This document shows, one piece after another, positions 37,755 through 47,803 of a stretch of 64,000 nt of DNA (its first letter is position 1; each line of letters opens with the position of its first letter). The notes beneath the pieces are model-generated. The model was not told the DNA's origin. It made no database searches and saw only the letters and a list, made by a program, of their open reading frames with translations. Origin of the DNA: a virus; IMG/VR virus record IMGVR_UViG_3300042475_004151, one strand, 5' to 3'. A program made the position numbers and the translations under genes.

Positions 37755-39039
37755 TGTTTAATGAAATTTTCTTTAATTGAGGTAATTTTAATTCTACTTG
37801 TTTAGGTACCTTAGTTTCCAATATAGTATCCAAAACCTCAGCCATTTTATCGAATGAGAAATTTGTTTTAACATGATGGGATTGACGTTTAGATAATTCA
37901 AAATATTTATTATATTCATTATAAGTCTTTTTAAACGCGTCAGCTACATCTCCATCATTAGGAGTAAACCATTGTGATTCAGCTAATATCATATTTTTAA
38001 CAACTGCTGATGGATGTACATTGGTTAAAGTTCCTTTTACTAAGATATTATAATCAGGATAGAGAAAATCTAAATGTCCACTCCATCCACTGGCTATAAT
38101 TGGTTTTTTAGATAAACTAAATTCAAGTAATGGTCTTCCAAATCCTTCACCTTTAGTTAATGACACCATTGTTTTTACTTTACCATGGTTATATAAGTCA
38201 TTCATATCTTTATCATCTAAATCACCATGTAGTAAATAAATGTTTGGTAAATCACCTTTAACAGTCTGTCTAATAGCATCTATTTTTTTCAATATTTCAT
38301 CTCTATCCATTATACAATTAGTAACTTGAGATGTTTTTAGAATTAGAGCTGGTTTTGATTTTTTATTTTTGAATGTTTCTAAAAATGCTTTAATCATGTA
38401 ACCAACATTTTTTCTATCCTCACCAATATTACCTTGTAACCAATGGCCTACAAATAGAAAACAAAAATCTTCCTCTATTTCATCTAATGAAGCTACTAAT
38501 TCTGTTTCTTCTAAATTATCATCATCAATATGAAAATATTTATTTAAATCAGCTCCCTCAAATAGTACTTCAATTGGTTTTTCTAATTTAACTACACCAA
38601 GAGATTGATTAGTATTAGGATCTTTTTTCTCAAATGATGATGATTCAAATACTTTTTTAGCATGTTCAGATGATACTAAAGTTAAATTCATTTTATTAAT
38701 TCCTTCAATCCAACTTGGATCACAAATTGTAGTTTCAATACCAGCTGTTATACCAATATTGAATTTACCTATAGGTTGGAATTCATTTGGTACTGTAATT
38801 TGAATCCAGATATCTGGTTGTTTTGGTAATTGAGGTTGTTTCCAAATTAAATCCAATATATTTTTATCTTCTGGTTTGTTAGGGTTTAAAGCACCATATG
38901 ATGTACTTCCCCAACGTTGAGATATGATTCTAATATCATATTTATCATATTTTAAAAGTGCTTTAACTACATCTCTACTTCTAGCTCCATAACCTGACAT
39001 TGTGTCTATAGGACAACTTATAACTAATAATGGTTTCAT
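37744..39039 (-). CDS. Glycosyltransferase family 4
   Basis: SGYG, RKN, KGEGFGRPLLE, WSGHLDF. Confidence 0.88.
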   Translation of the reverse strand: MKPLLVISCPIDTMSGYGARSRDVVKALLKYDKYDIRIISQRWGSTSYGALNPNKPEDKNILDLIWKQPQLPKQPDIWIQITVPNEFQPIGKFNIGITAGIETTICDPSWIEGINKMNLTLVSSEHAKKVFESSSFEKKDPNTNQSLGVVKLEKPIEVLFEGADLNKYFHIDDDNLEETELVASLDEIEEDFCFLFVGHWLQGNIGEDRKNVGYMIKAFLETFKNKKSKPALILKTSQVTNCIMDRDEILKKIDAIRQTVKGDLPNIYLLHGDLDDKDMNDLYNHGKVKTMVSLTKGEGFGRPLLEFSLSKKPIIASGWSGHLDFLYPDYNILVKGTLTNVHPSAVVKNMILAESQWFTPNDGDVADAFKKTYNEYNKYFELSKRQSHHVKTNFSFDKMAEVLDTILETKVPKQVELKLPQLKKISLNNDK

Positions 39040-39044
39040 AACTA

Positions 39045-40478
39045 TTAATAAACTAATTTGTGACGAATATGATTTCTTTTTAACGGTTCTATTTTAATTA
39101 ACTCAAATTTTGATCTTGGTACCCAATTGTTTAATACTGTATCAACATGGTTAATAATATTTTTACTCATGTTAGAAGCACTCATTTTAGATTCTTCTGA
39201 TGTTACCCACTCACGAGCTAAATCACCTCTGCGTTTTCTTTCTTCAGCTCCTAACTCATATACTTTCATTATAGCATCAGCTGCGTCTTTAAAATCAACT
39301 CTATCATCAAATATATAAGGTGTAGGTACTGAACCTTGTATACTTATACTACTTGGAAATACTGGTACTGCCCAATCTCCACATTTTTTATATGTTCCAA
39401 AATGATTAGAACAAAAATCTTTATCAAACTCAATCCAATTGCCGTTTTCATCCTCAAACCTCATTTGATCCTGCATACCACCAGTAACATTAGCTATAAT
39501 CATTTTACCACACATCATACCTTCAGTCAATGATAAACCCCATCCTTCATTAGATGATAATAATATAACAGCATCAGATAAATTATATAATAAATTAATT
39601 TCTTCAGATGATATTCTTTGATCTGAAAAATATATTTGAGAACATTGTTCTTCTGTAAATAATATATCCCTAACAGAATATAAATCTGTACCATGTTCAT
39701 CAATAGGTTGTGTATGTAATATAATAGCACATTTGTCTGCTTTTTCTTTAGGTAATTTATCTAAAAATAACTTAAAAGCAGCTAGTGTATCAGGAACTGA
39801 TTTACGTCTAATGTTTCTAGAATTAAACATTAAAGTAAAATCATAATTCTTATCTTTAAAAATCTGAGTCTTAGCTTTTAATAATTTAGAATCATTTTTA
39901 TCTACAGGATGAAATATTTTTTCATTAATACCATGTGGTATATAACTTAATATTTTATTCTTAACTTTATCACCTAACACTAATTTATTTATATTAAGTG
40001 TTTGTTTTGATATAGCCATTAATCCATCACATGATTCATAATAAGCCTCATTATATAATGGTGCTGGATATTCATCCCAAATATTTAAGTAAATCATAGG
40101 TATGGTTTTTCTAATTTCATTTTCCATTTGAAATAACCAAGTCCAATATCTTGGATCAGTGAAAAACATTAACACATCTGGTTTTTCTATGTCTATTAAT
40201 GTTCTAATTAATTGAGGATCACCATAACCTGATACTGGATATACAAATACACTAGCATCATTAATTTCATTAAATATGTTAGTGTCTGGACTTAAATCAA
40301 GTCGTTTACCTTGTTCTGGATGATTAATAGCACCACCTACATTTGTCCAATTAAAGACATGAGATGTACCTACAACCATTTCTCTAGCTATAGTAGCAAT
40401 ACCAGATGTAAATCTAATATCATCACATAATAAGAGTATTTTTTTTCTCTGTTCTTTAGGAATGTAACCTTCTTTCAT
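39045..40478 (-). CDS. Glycosyltransferase family 4
   Basis: SGIA, IPHG, RNIRRK, NEGWGLSLTEGMMCG, TGGMQDQ. Confidence 0.9.
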   Translation of the reverse strand: MKEGYIPKEQRKKILLLCDDIRFTSGIATIAREMVVGTSHVFNWTNVGGAINHPEQGKRLDLSPDTNIFNEINDASVFVYPVSGYGDPQLIRTLIDIEKPDVLMFFTDPRYWTWLFQMENEIRKTIPMIYLNIWDEYPAPLYNEAYYESCDGLMAISKQTLNINKLVLGDKVKNKILSYIPHGINEKIFHPVDKNDSKLLKAKTQIFKDKNYDFTLMFNSRNIRRKSVPDTLAAFKLFLDKLPKEKADKCAIILHTQPIDEHGTDLYSVRDILFTEEQCSQIYFSDQRISSEEINLLYNLSDAVILLSSNEGWGLSLTEGMMCGKMIIANVTGGMQDQMRFEDENGNWIEFDKDFCSNHFGTYKKCGDWAVPVFPSSISIQGSVPTPYIFDDRVDFKDAADAIMKVYELGAEERKRRGDLAREWVTSEESKMSASNMSKNIINHVDTVLNNWVPRSKFELIKIEPLKRNHIRHKLVY

Positions 40479-40497
40479 AACGTATTTTAATTATTTT

Positions 40498-40692
40498 TTA
40501 AACTTGACTACCGGATAATGCTAAGTTATTGTGAGCGTGTATTTCTTTTCTGAAATCATCATCAGTTAAATACATATGAATACTTCTATCTACTAATTTT
40601 TGAAGTGAGAATTTTGTACGTACACATAGTACTTTAAATTCTTCAAATAACTCTTCACTAACTTTAACACTTGTTAATTTATTTTCTGCCAT
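40498..40692 (-). CDS. Ribbon-helix-helix-like DNA-binding protein
   Basis: LTSVKV-SEELFEEFK...SLQKLVDRSI. Confidence 0.6.
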   Translation of the reverse strand: MAENKLTSVKVSEELFEEFKVLCVRTKFSLQKLVDRSIHMYLTDDDFRKEIHAHNNLALSGSQV

Positions 40693-40732
40693 AATATATT
40701 GCTTTTATTGCGTATATAAATATATACAGAAA

Positions 40733-41674
40733 TCAAAAAACAACATTCTTATTACAAAGTGTTTTATCATTACTGAATGGACAATAAGTACAAGAATCTT
40801 TACTTACTATTTTAGGATATTCTTTATCTATTGATTTACCATCACCATCAAAACATTCAGATAAGAATGAATTAAATCGTTCCATTGCTTGTTTACGTTT
40901 TGTTTTACCACTAGCTGGTTTAAATGATGATATATAAGGTATAGGGAATGCATCATTCTCCCAAATTTTTCTTTTCATTATAAAAAACTCAACTTCAATC
41001 TTATCAATATCAATATTATATTGTTTTGAAAAATATTCTTTATAAAGTAATATTTGAGATATTTTTATCTCATCCTTTTTAGCTTTATCATTCCATCCTT
41101 GTCTTGATGTTTTGATATCATATATATAAACTTTATCTAAATCTTTATCATATAATACAAAATCAATATAACCTTTTAAGAATAAATTTTTAGATAGATT
41201 AACCATTAATGGCATCTCAATTCCTAATAATACTACATTACGAGTTGAGAAAAGTTGAGTACGATGTTTTTTAAACCAAGTAAGTACACTAACCCCATCT
41301 TCAAAAAATTCTTTCATCTCATCTGGATTAGAGAAATGTTGTTTACTTCTTTCAAATTCTTCTTTGTACACAGCTCTAAAACGTTCATTAAACATAGCTA
41401 TTATATCTATTCTGTCAGCAGCTGCTCCACTTTCCTCATACATTACTTTTAAATAATGTTGTACTGTTTCATGAACTGAAGTACCAAATATAGTATGAAT
41501 TGATGCTTGATATGAAGCTAAACCTTTAACATAATTCAAATACCATTGATGAGGGCATCTACGATATATAGAATATTGAGAATAAGATACTGTGGTTTGA
41601 AATCTATAATCTATTTCTTTAGGTGCAGTATTTTTTATTTTTAATTCAACTTCAGTTAATTTATTTTTTGCCAT
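40733..41674 (-). CDS. PD-(D/E)XK nuclease (Cas4/RecB-like exonuclease)
   Basis: SYSQ..CP, GTSVH, E, GYID, DIKTS, Q..LY, CTYCPF..LC. Confidence 0.85.
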   Translation of the reverse strand: MAKNKLTEVELKIKNTAPKEIDYRFQTTVSYSQYSIYRRCPHQWYLNYVKGLASYQASIHTIFGTSVHETVQHYLKVMYEESGAAADRIDIIAMFNERFRAVYKEEFERSKQHFSNPDEMKEFFEDGVSVLTWFKKHRTQLFSTRNVVLLGIEMPLMVNLSKNLFLKGYIDFVLYDKDLDKVYIYDIKTSRQGWNDKAKKDEIKISQILLYKEYFSKQYNIDIDKIEVEFFIMKRKIWENDAFPIPYISSFKPASGKTKRKQAMERFNSFLSECFDGDGKSIDKEYPKIVSKDSCTYCPFSNDKTLCNKNVVF

Positions 41675-41939
41675 ATTTCATTCTTATTTGTTCTCCCAAC
41701 TGCATATCATTAGGATATTTATTAACTAAATCTTGAATTGTATTTAATGTAGTTATTTCTTTTTTTAAATATTGAGCCATGTCTAATGCTTCTTCATACG
41801 CATGTTGAAGCATATTTTGATGGTTATTTTCACCTAATGTTGTATTATATTTTTTTAAACCTACATCTGCTCTCAACTTTAAATCTTCCATCACTGACCA
41901 TGTAATATCATCTTGTGGGCGTTCAATTATTTTACTCAT
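41661..41939 (-). CDS. Conserved phage protein, possibly all-alpha NTP pyrophosphatase-like
   Basis: R...GLKKYNTTL...LQHAYEEALD..YLK. Confidence 0.5.
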   Translation of the reverse strand: MSKIIERPQDDITWSVMEDLKLRADVGLKKYNTTLGENNHQNMLQHAYEEALDMAQYLKKEITTLNTIQDLVNKYPNDMQLGEQIRMKYGKK

Positions 41940-42001
41940 ATAGAATGTATTTATAATTTAAATTTAGTTAATTTAACTAGGGACGCCAAGTTAATTAATT
42001 G

Positions 42002-42310
42002 TTAATAATTTACTGTATTATCTAGTTTATCTTTTTTAGTGATAAACTTATTGCTTATTTCATTAATTAGTTTATCTAATCGTGAATCAATATAACTAAT
42101 GTTATTATCAATTCTACGATCAGTAACTTCTTGTAAATCGTGTCGATCACGTTCAATTGAATTGTATCTAGACTCAATATCCATCCAGACATTTCTCATT
42201 TCTTCTTCTATTGACTTGACCTTTTTTGATACCTTAATAGCACCAATAGTAAGCCAAACCAGTATCCCAACCACAACTGTAGCTGAAACACCTAATAAAA
42301 ATGTAATCAT
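42002..42310 (-). CDS. Membrane-anchored coiled-coil protein
   Basis: N-terminal TM helix plus heptads. Confidence 0.6.
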   Translation of the reverse strand: MITFLLGVSATVVVGILVWLTIGAIKVSKKVKSIEEEMRNVWMDIESRYNSIERDRHDLQEVTDRRIDNNISYIDSRLDKLINEISNKFITKKDKLDNTVNY

Positions 42311-42714
42311 TGTTTTTTTCTCCTTTTTTGTTTTGTACTTGGCGTCCCCAAGTTAAAAGTATTTTTTACTAATTGAGTATCAATTATGTTAACATAATCT
42401 TTAGCTTCACGAGTACTACATTGATAATATTCAGCTACTGCTTTAATAGTCTCAGAGTCATTTTTACCACTTGCTTTAATATATTTAAAGAATGATTTCT
42501 TTTTAGGTAATAAATCACAATAGAATTTATAAACCATTCTATTAGGACAATTAGGATATTTTTGAATCATATTAACAACATCAATGTAATCTGGATTCAT
42601 ACTTATAAAACGATGAATCATGAATGTATTAAATTCAGATTTATCTTCATCCGTAAATGTATTCCACGGTTGTTTATTATATGTTATCTGATTTATCCAA
42701 TCAAATAGATTCAT
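42307..42714 (-). CDS. Clamp loader small subunit (T4 gp62-like)
   Basis: NLFDWINQI..K, FMIHRFIS, LPKKK.F.KYIK, VAEYYQCS.REA. Confidence 0.75.
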   Translation of the reverse strand: MNLFDWINQITYNKQPWNTFTDEDKSEFNTFMIHRFISMNPDYIDVVNMIQKYPNCPNRMVYKFYCDLLPKKKSFFKYIKASGKNDSETIKAVAEYYQCSTREAKDYVNIIDTQLVKNTFNLGTPSTKQKRRKKQ

Positions 42715-42943
42715 CTAGATTCTTTAATGGTTCTGGTAGGAATGCTTCATTAACATGACCGCATTTAGAACAACTAAATACAGGTAATGGAATTAGAGCA
42801 TCTTGAGGTGTACCTGTTAAAAATTTATTTGCTTTTCTAAGCATAAGACCTTCTTGGAATACATCATGACCACACTCATCACAAACAATCGGAGTTGTTT
42901 TCTTTAGGTCAATGTTTAATTTAATTTGTTCTTGTTGACTCAT
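42701..42943 (-). CDS. Zinc-ribbon protein
   Basis: CDECG...CSKCGHVN. Confidence 0.65.
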   Translation of the reverse strand: MSQQEQIKLNIDLKKTTPIVCDECGHDVFQEGLMLRKANKFLTGTPQDALIPLPVFSCSKCGHVNEAFLPEPLKNLDESI

Positions 42944-42944
42944 A

Positions 42945-43835
42945 TTATATATTTAAAAGTTTAGCGATTGCGGACATAAAACATATTTCTTTATCAGGTA
43001 TAGTTGTTGAATGAAATAAGTATTCTTCTATAATTATAGTAGCATCAGGTGATGAGAACTCATTATGTAGTTCCTTATATAAACCTGTAAAATCAGTCAC
43101 ATTATTATCTGCTATAAGTTGTCTGATATTATTAAATGATGTTTTTTTCTTTGATTTGACTTCATTAATTATTTGTTCTGTATAATGACTATCAATAATA
43201 TTTTTAGCTATTAATTTACCTCCAATTGATAGACCCTGAAGTGAATTAAGTGCTCGTCTAATATCAGGATATGTTTTTTTGATTATTTCAACTACATCTT
43301 TAATATCATACTCTATTTGTTCTATATCAAGTATTTCCTTTAAACGTTTAGCTATGGTTTTAGGTTCGGGAGTATTTAATGCAAATGACGTTAATCTTGA
43401 TTGTAATGGATCAATAATACGCTCTACAAAATTACAAGTAAATATAAATCTAGTTGTTAAACTAAATGATTCAATAACATTCCTAAGTGCCGCTTGAGCA
43501 TTTATAGTTAAGAAATCAGCTTCATCTAATATAACCACTTTAAGTGGTTTAAATGTAGCTCCAGAAGCAAATTGTTTTACTTTATCTCTAATTGTATCAA
43601 TACCATTCTCATCAGAACAATTTAGATATATAAAATCACAATTGATATTTCCTACAACTAATTTAGCAGCTGTTGTTTTACCAGTACCAGCTGATCCATG
43701 AAGTAATAGATTAGGAAAATCATTTTTATCAATCCATCCTTGTAAACTATTAATAAACTCTTCATTACCTAAATATCCTTCTAAAATACTAGGACGATAT
43801 TTCTCTACCCAAAGAGTATGTTTTGTATTAAACAT
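42945..43835 (-). CDS. Clamp loader large subunit (RFC / T4 gp44-like)
   Basis: WVEKYRP, GSAGTGKTT, ILDEAD, SRL, PDIRR. Confidence 0.92.
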   Translation of the reverse strand: MFNTKHTLWVEKYRPSILEGYLGNEEFINSLQGWIDKNDFPNLLLHGSAGTGKTTAAKLVVGNINCDFIYLNCSDENGIDTIRDKVKQFASGATFKPLKVVILDEADFLTINAQAALRNVIESFSLTTRFIFTCNFVERIIDPLQSRLTSFALNTPEPKTIAKRLKEILDIEQIEYDIKDVVEIIKKTYPDIRRALNSLQGLSIGGKLIAKNIIDSHYTEQIINEVKSKKKTSFNNIRQLIADNNVTDFTGLYKELHNEFSSPDATIIIEEYLFHSTTIPDKEICFMSAIAKLLNI

Positions 43836-43840
43836 AACTT

Positions 43841-44065
43841 TTATTTTTTAATATATTCAAATATAATGTCAATATTTCGAGGCGCCAAATATTTTATAGT
43901 ATGGTACTTATTAATATGGTTTAATGGTTTAGCTTCTTTTTCATGTTGTGACCATTGAAACTCACCACCAAATCCCATCCCACAATAATAACCTAAATCA
44001 CTATAAACAATAAATTCAGGTTGAATACAGTCTATCGGTTTATTTTCTTTCTTTTTCCTACCCAT
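43841..44065 (-). CDS. Hypothetical protein
   Basis: ORF track. Confidence 0.55.
   Translation of the reverse strand: MGRKKKENKPIDCIQPEFIVYSDLGYYCGMGFGGEFQWSQHEKEAKPLNHINKYHTIKYLAPRNIDIIFEYIKK
43858..43889 (-). promoter_or_regulatory. Canonical Bacteroidota primary-sigma promoter
   Basis: TTTG-N20-TATATTTG just upstream of the clamp loader gene. Confidence 0.65.
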
Positions 44066-44066
44066 T

Positions 44067-44804
44067 TTATTTTACTGAATTAGTTTTTAATTGATTGTCT
44101 TCTACTATAAGATATTCTCCTGATGTATCCATTGTATCTATAAAATAATATCTACCACCAGTAAATTTATCTGATCCTTTTAGGTCAAGTCGTCTCATTT
44201 GAGTATGACCTACAATTTGAATATAATCTTTCTTTAATCCTTTATCATGTTTTTTATTTGCACTCATAAGTGAACCTGGTCTAATCCAAATTGGAGTTTG
44301 CGTTGTATTATCTCCATAACCATCAAAGCCATTAAATTCAAATGCTTTAGGTTTGTATTTAAATAGTTCATTTAAGTCAACTACAATACTCTCTTTAGAC
44401 CAACCATCAGATCCAAATACTTGATCCATGAATATAGGACTTACACCAGCATGAGTGAATAGATAATCTCCGAATCCATAAGCCATTTGTAAATGATATC
44501 TATTTTCATCTATTACTTGAGTAATTGAAGGTGCAATTCCAGATTGATATCCACTTGTACCTGTGTATCCAATTTCTGGAAAGTAGTGATGGTCGTGATT
44601 GCCAATTAATAATGTAACTTCAATTTGTGGATTATTTTCTTTGTATTGAATAATCTCTTTAAAATTATGAATTTGTTCTACTCCTGGAATATCAAATGAA
44701 TCAAAGTAGTCACCTATAAAGATAATCCTATCAGGTTGTTCCTGATGTATGGCTAGTTTCCAATTGGAACGACCATGTGTATCGCCTAATATTATTGTTT
44801 TCAT
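44067..44804 (-). CDS. Calcineurin-like metallophosphoesterase
   Basis: GDTHG, GDYFD, GNHD, THAG, VGHT. Confidence 0.9.
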   Translation of the reverse strand: MKTIILGDTHGRSNWKLAIHQEQPDRIIFIGDYFDSFDIPGVEQIHNFKEIIQYKENNPQIEVTLLIGNHDHHYFPEIGYTGTSGYQSGIAPSITQVIDENRYHLQMAYGFGDYLFTHAGVSPIFMDQVFGSDGWSKESIVVDLNELFKYKPKAFEFNGFDGYGDNTTQTPIWIRPGSLMSANKKHDKGLKKDYIQIVGHTQMRRLDLKGSDKFTGGRYYFIDTMDTSGEYLIVEDNQLKTNSVK

Positions 44805-44831
44805 AATTTAAATATAGTTAAAGAATTTAGG

Positions 44832-45908
44832 TTAATTACTTAATGGTGCTTTAATTGCTGGATGTGATTGGTAATTTTCTAATTCAAAATTGACTTGTCC
44901 GTGTATTGTTTCATCAAATCCTTTATGTTCTAAGTTAGCTAAAAATATAGGATTCATTTTTAGTTTAGGTAATTCATAAGGATGTCTTGAACATTGTTCT
45001 GCTGCTTGTTCTAAATGATTGTTATATAAATGAACATCACCTAAATTGCCAATCAATTCATCGGGTACCATATTAACTAACTTAGCAATTATTTCTAATA
45101 ACAAAGCATAAGATGCTATATTAAATGGTAGTCCTAAAAATGTATCTACACTTCTTTGATTCCACATTAATGAAATTGCTCGTGTTGGTATATTATTCTC
45201 TTTTAATTCCTCTACTGTATAGTATTGAGGTAGATTATCTTTTTCAGTCAAACATAAATGTTTATCCATAAGTTTAACTCGTTCTGTTTCATCTAACTCT
45301 CTCGTATAAATTTGAAATCCATAATGACAAGGTGGTAATACCATTTGGTCTAACTCACCTACATTCCAAGCCGATACCATTAATCTTCTACTATCAGGAT
45401 TTGTTTTGAGTTCGGAGATTAGATTTGCGATTTGATCTATTTCAATAGGAAAGTCTTCCCAAGTGCTTGTTGTTTTATCTAATCCTTCCCAACTTCTCCA
45501 TTGCTTACCGTAGATTGGTCCTAACTCACCCCACTTATTAGCAAATTCATCATCGGTTTTAATTAAATTTATAAATTGTCCTATATTCCAAATTGAAAAA
45601 TCAGGATCTTCATCATCCTCACTATTACTCATAAAATTTTTGAAAGCGTCACCATCCCAAATATGACAATCATTATCAACAAGATATTTGATATTAGTGT
45701 CACCTCTTAAAAACCACATTAATTCAGTTACAATTGCTTTCCAAGCCATCTTCTTTGTAGTTAATAATGGAAATCCTTCTTTCATGTTGTGTCTAATCTG
45801 TCTACCAAATATTGATTTAGTTCCAGTTCCTGTTCTATCTGCTTTATCTACTCCGAAATGTATTAAATCAAGTAATAATTCTTTATATTGACGATCTATA
45901 TTATTCAT
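44832..45908 (-). CDS. thyA: Thymidylate synthase
   Basis: DRTGTGT, FPLLTTKK, YGKQWR, DSRR, LPPCH, QRSVDTFLGLPFNIASY. Confidence 0.96.
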   Translation of the reverse strand: MNNIDRQYKELLLDLIHFGVDKADRTGTGTKSIFGRQIRHNMKEGFPLLTTKKMAWKAIVTELMWFLRGDTNIKYLVDNDCHIWDGDAFKNFMSNSEDDEDPDFSIWNIGQFINLIKTDDEFANKWGELGPIYGKQWRSWEGLDKTTSTWEDFPIEIDQIANLISELKTNPDSRRLMVSAWNVGELDQMVLPPCHYGFQIYTRELDETERVKLMDKHLCLTEKDNLPQYYTVEELKENNIPTRAISLMWNQRSVDTFLGLPFNIASYALLLEIIAKLVNMVPDELIGNLGDVHLYNNHLEQAAEQCSRHPYELPKLKMNPIFLANLEHKGFDETIHGQVNFELENYQSHPAIKAPLSN

Positions 45909-45921
45909 AAATTTATATTGT

Positions 45922-46725
45922 TTATTCAGTTATAGGTTCATCCCAAACTTTTTTAAAGAACTCATCCATGTTATACTCTCTTTTTATAACTAATCCTCTA
46001 ATATATTCAATTCTTTTTTTATCACCCTCAATATTAATATTATGTTCATTAACACGAGCTATCATATTATATAAAGCTCTAAGTGTATTATAATAAGGTT
46101 TAGCATCTTTTATAAAACTTACCATACGTTCCCAATACTTAAAAGCAGTGGATGATCTAGGATCTAAAGCGTATCTCATTCTGTAACTATAAGTAATGCT
46201 AGGATGTACAAGACGAAGTTCAAAATCATCATAATATATAGTTATGATATCTTTTTTTCTAAGTATTTCATCATTAAATATATCTATTTTAAAATATTTA
46301 TGAACTGAAAGATCAACTCCGAGAATATCATTTTCTACGTCATCCCATGATTTTGAAAATTGCCACATACGTTCTTTAGGATCAAATTTATATGGTATTT
46401 TGAATTTTTCACCAGCTCCATCCCAACCATATCCTACTTTCATATCATTTAAATCAAAGAAGTTTTTTATATTATTATAATCTTCTTCAGTAAATTCTTC
46501 TCTTAAACCAAAATCAAAATCACCTATAGGACTCATAGGTTCAAGACCTAGTAATCTAAGAGATAAACTACCTGTTAAAACAAATTTATTATTCATTGTT
46601 AACATAGGTAAAATATACTTATTAAATGCTTCTTTAGCATCTTTATCTAGGTTATCAAGAATATTTTGTTTAAACTTAAGTTTTAATTTACCTGTTTGGG
46701 AATCAATATTATAAACTATATTCAT
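45922..46725 (-). CDS. Putative nucleotidyltransferase (Pol-beta superfamily)
   Basis: LTGSLSL...GDFDF...KIDIF. Confidence 0.55.
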   Translation of the reverse strand: MNIVYNIDSQTGKLKLKFKQNILDNLDKDAKEAFNKYILPMLTMNNKFVLTGSLSLRLLGLEPMSPIGDFDFGLREEFTEEDYNNIKNFFDLNDMKVGYGWDGAGEKFKIPYKFDPKERMWQFSKSWDDVENDILGVDLSVHKYFKIDIFNDEILRKKDIITIYYDDFELRLVHPSITYSYRMRYALDPRSSTAFKYWERMVSFIKDAKPYYNTLRALYNMIARVNEHNINIEGDKKRIEYIRGLVIKREYNMDEFFKKVWDEPITE

Positions 46726-46730
46726 AACTT

Positions 46731-46934
46731 TTATTTAATGTAATTAAAAAATTTGTTAACTACTTGTTGTTCACCTTTAGATCTAGGTTGAGCAGGTGGT
46801 CGTTCTACTACTTTGGCTTTTCTACCTCTAGGTTTTCTAGGTTTGTCATCATCATAATCACTCCAGTTCCATTTCTTAACTTTCTCTAAAAATGCTGATT
46901 TATAACTTGCTAAACGTTCAGTTTCTGTTCTCAT
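46731..46934 (-). CDS. Small basic protein
   Basis: KPRGRK motif. Confidence 0.5.
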   Translation of the reverse strand: MRTETERLASYKSAFLEKVKKWNWSDYDDDKPRKPRGRKAKVVERPPAQPRSKGEQQVVNKFFNYIK

Positions 46935-46961
46935 AACCTTAATTTATAAAATGAAATAAAG

Positions 46962-47120
46962 TCAAAATATTCGATCCTTATCTTCATCATCAATTTCCCA
47001 ATCCAAAAAATCTTTACCTTTATAATCTTTATGATGCTTATGCATATAAATAATTCCTCCAGCCCATAACCAAGCTATTGTAATTGATATAGCTATTATA
47101 AGTAAAATTAATCCTATCAT
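46962..47120 (-). CDS. Small membrane protein
   Basis: MIGLILLIIAISITIAWLWAGGIIYMHKHHKDYKG...; not in ORF track. Confidence 0.55.
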   Translation of the reverse strand: MIGLILLIIAISITIAWLWAGGIIYMHKHHKDYKGKDFLDWEIDDEDKDRIF

Positions 47121-47250
47121 TGTTTTTTATTTTTAAATAAGTCTGATAATTTTTTTGCTGGTCTAATAATTTTTCCGGTATGTTCCTCTATTAATGGAGC
47201 TCTCCATAGTTCATATGATAACCAGATAAAAATTATAATTAATATAACTG

Positions 47251-47751
47251 TTAATCCCACCATCCTCTAATGTTTTGTTCTAATATTTTAAATAGTAATT
47301 TATGTGCTCGTTCTTCATTTATTCTAGCTATTTGAAGTGCAATTTTTGCTTTAGGTGCTTGTAAATCAGGAACCATTCTATATATTAATGGATATTTTTT
47401 AAAATAATCATCATAATGTTCTGATATTGGTTCCTCATCCATTTCATAACTACCTGGATGGGAAATACTAGGTATAAATTTAATATCTGATTTGTAATAA
47501 TCAATGTATTCCATCCCATAATATTCGCTTTGTACTTTTTCAATTAAACGAACACACAGCATCATTATTTCAGCATCACGTTTAGCTCTAGTATGTCTAT
47601 CTTTATCACCAATATACTTAGCTTGATTTTTAAGTTTAAATTTGAGTATTTCAAAAATGAAATGATCATCCCAATCTTGGTCTTTCCAGATAATAGGAAA
47701 CCAACGAATTAAATTGTAGATTTGTTTGAAGAATTGTTTTATTCTATACAT
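47251..47751 (-). CDS. Conserved phage protein
   Basis: WFPIIWKDQDWD...LKFKL...RGWWD; start reassigned to MYRIKQ. Confidence 0.65.
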   Translation of the reverse strand: MYRIKQFFKQIYNLIRWFPIIWKDQDWDDHFIFEILKFKLKNQAKYIGDKDRHTRAKRDAEIMMLCVRLIEKVQSEYYGMEYIDYYKSDIKFIPSISHPGSYEMDEEPISEHYDDYFKKYPLIYRMVPDLQAPKAKIALQIARINEERAHKLLFKILEQNIRGWWD

Positions 47752-47766
47752 AACCTTAATTAATAA

Positions 47767-47797
47767 TAAAAAAAAATGGGGACTCAAATGAGTCCCC
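47767..47797 (-). terminator. Intrinsic terminator
   Basis: GGGGACTC-ATTT-GAGTCCCC followed by A and a long T run. Confidence 0.85.
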
Positions 47798-47803
47798 TTT
47801 TAC

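Noticed and set aside
40733-41674. Cas4 as evidence of a CRISPR-Cas system
   Set aside because: Stand-alone PD-(D/E)XK nucleases are common in phage replication modules; no array or other cas genes
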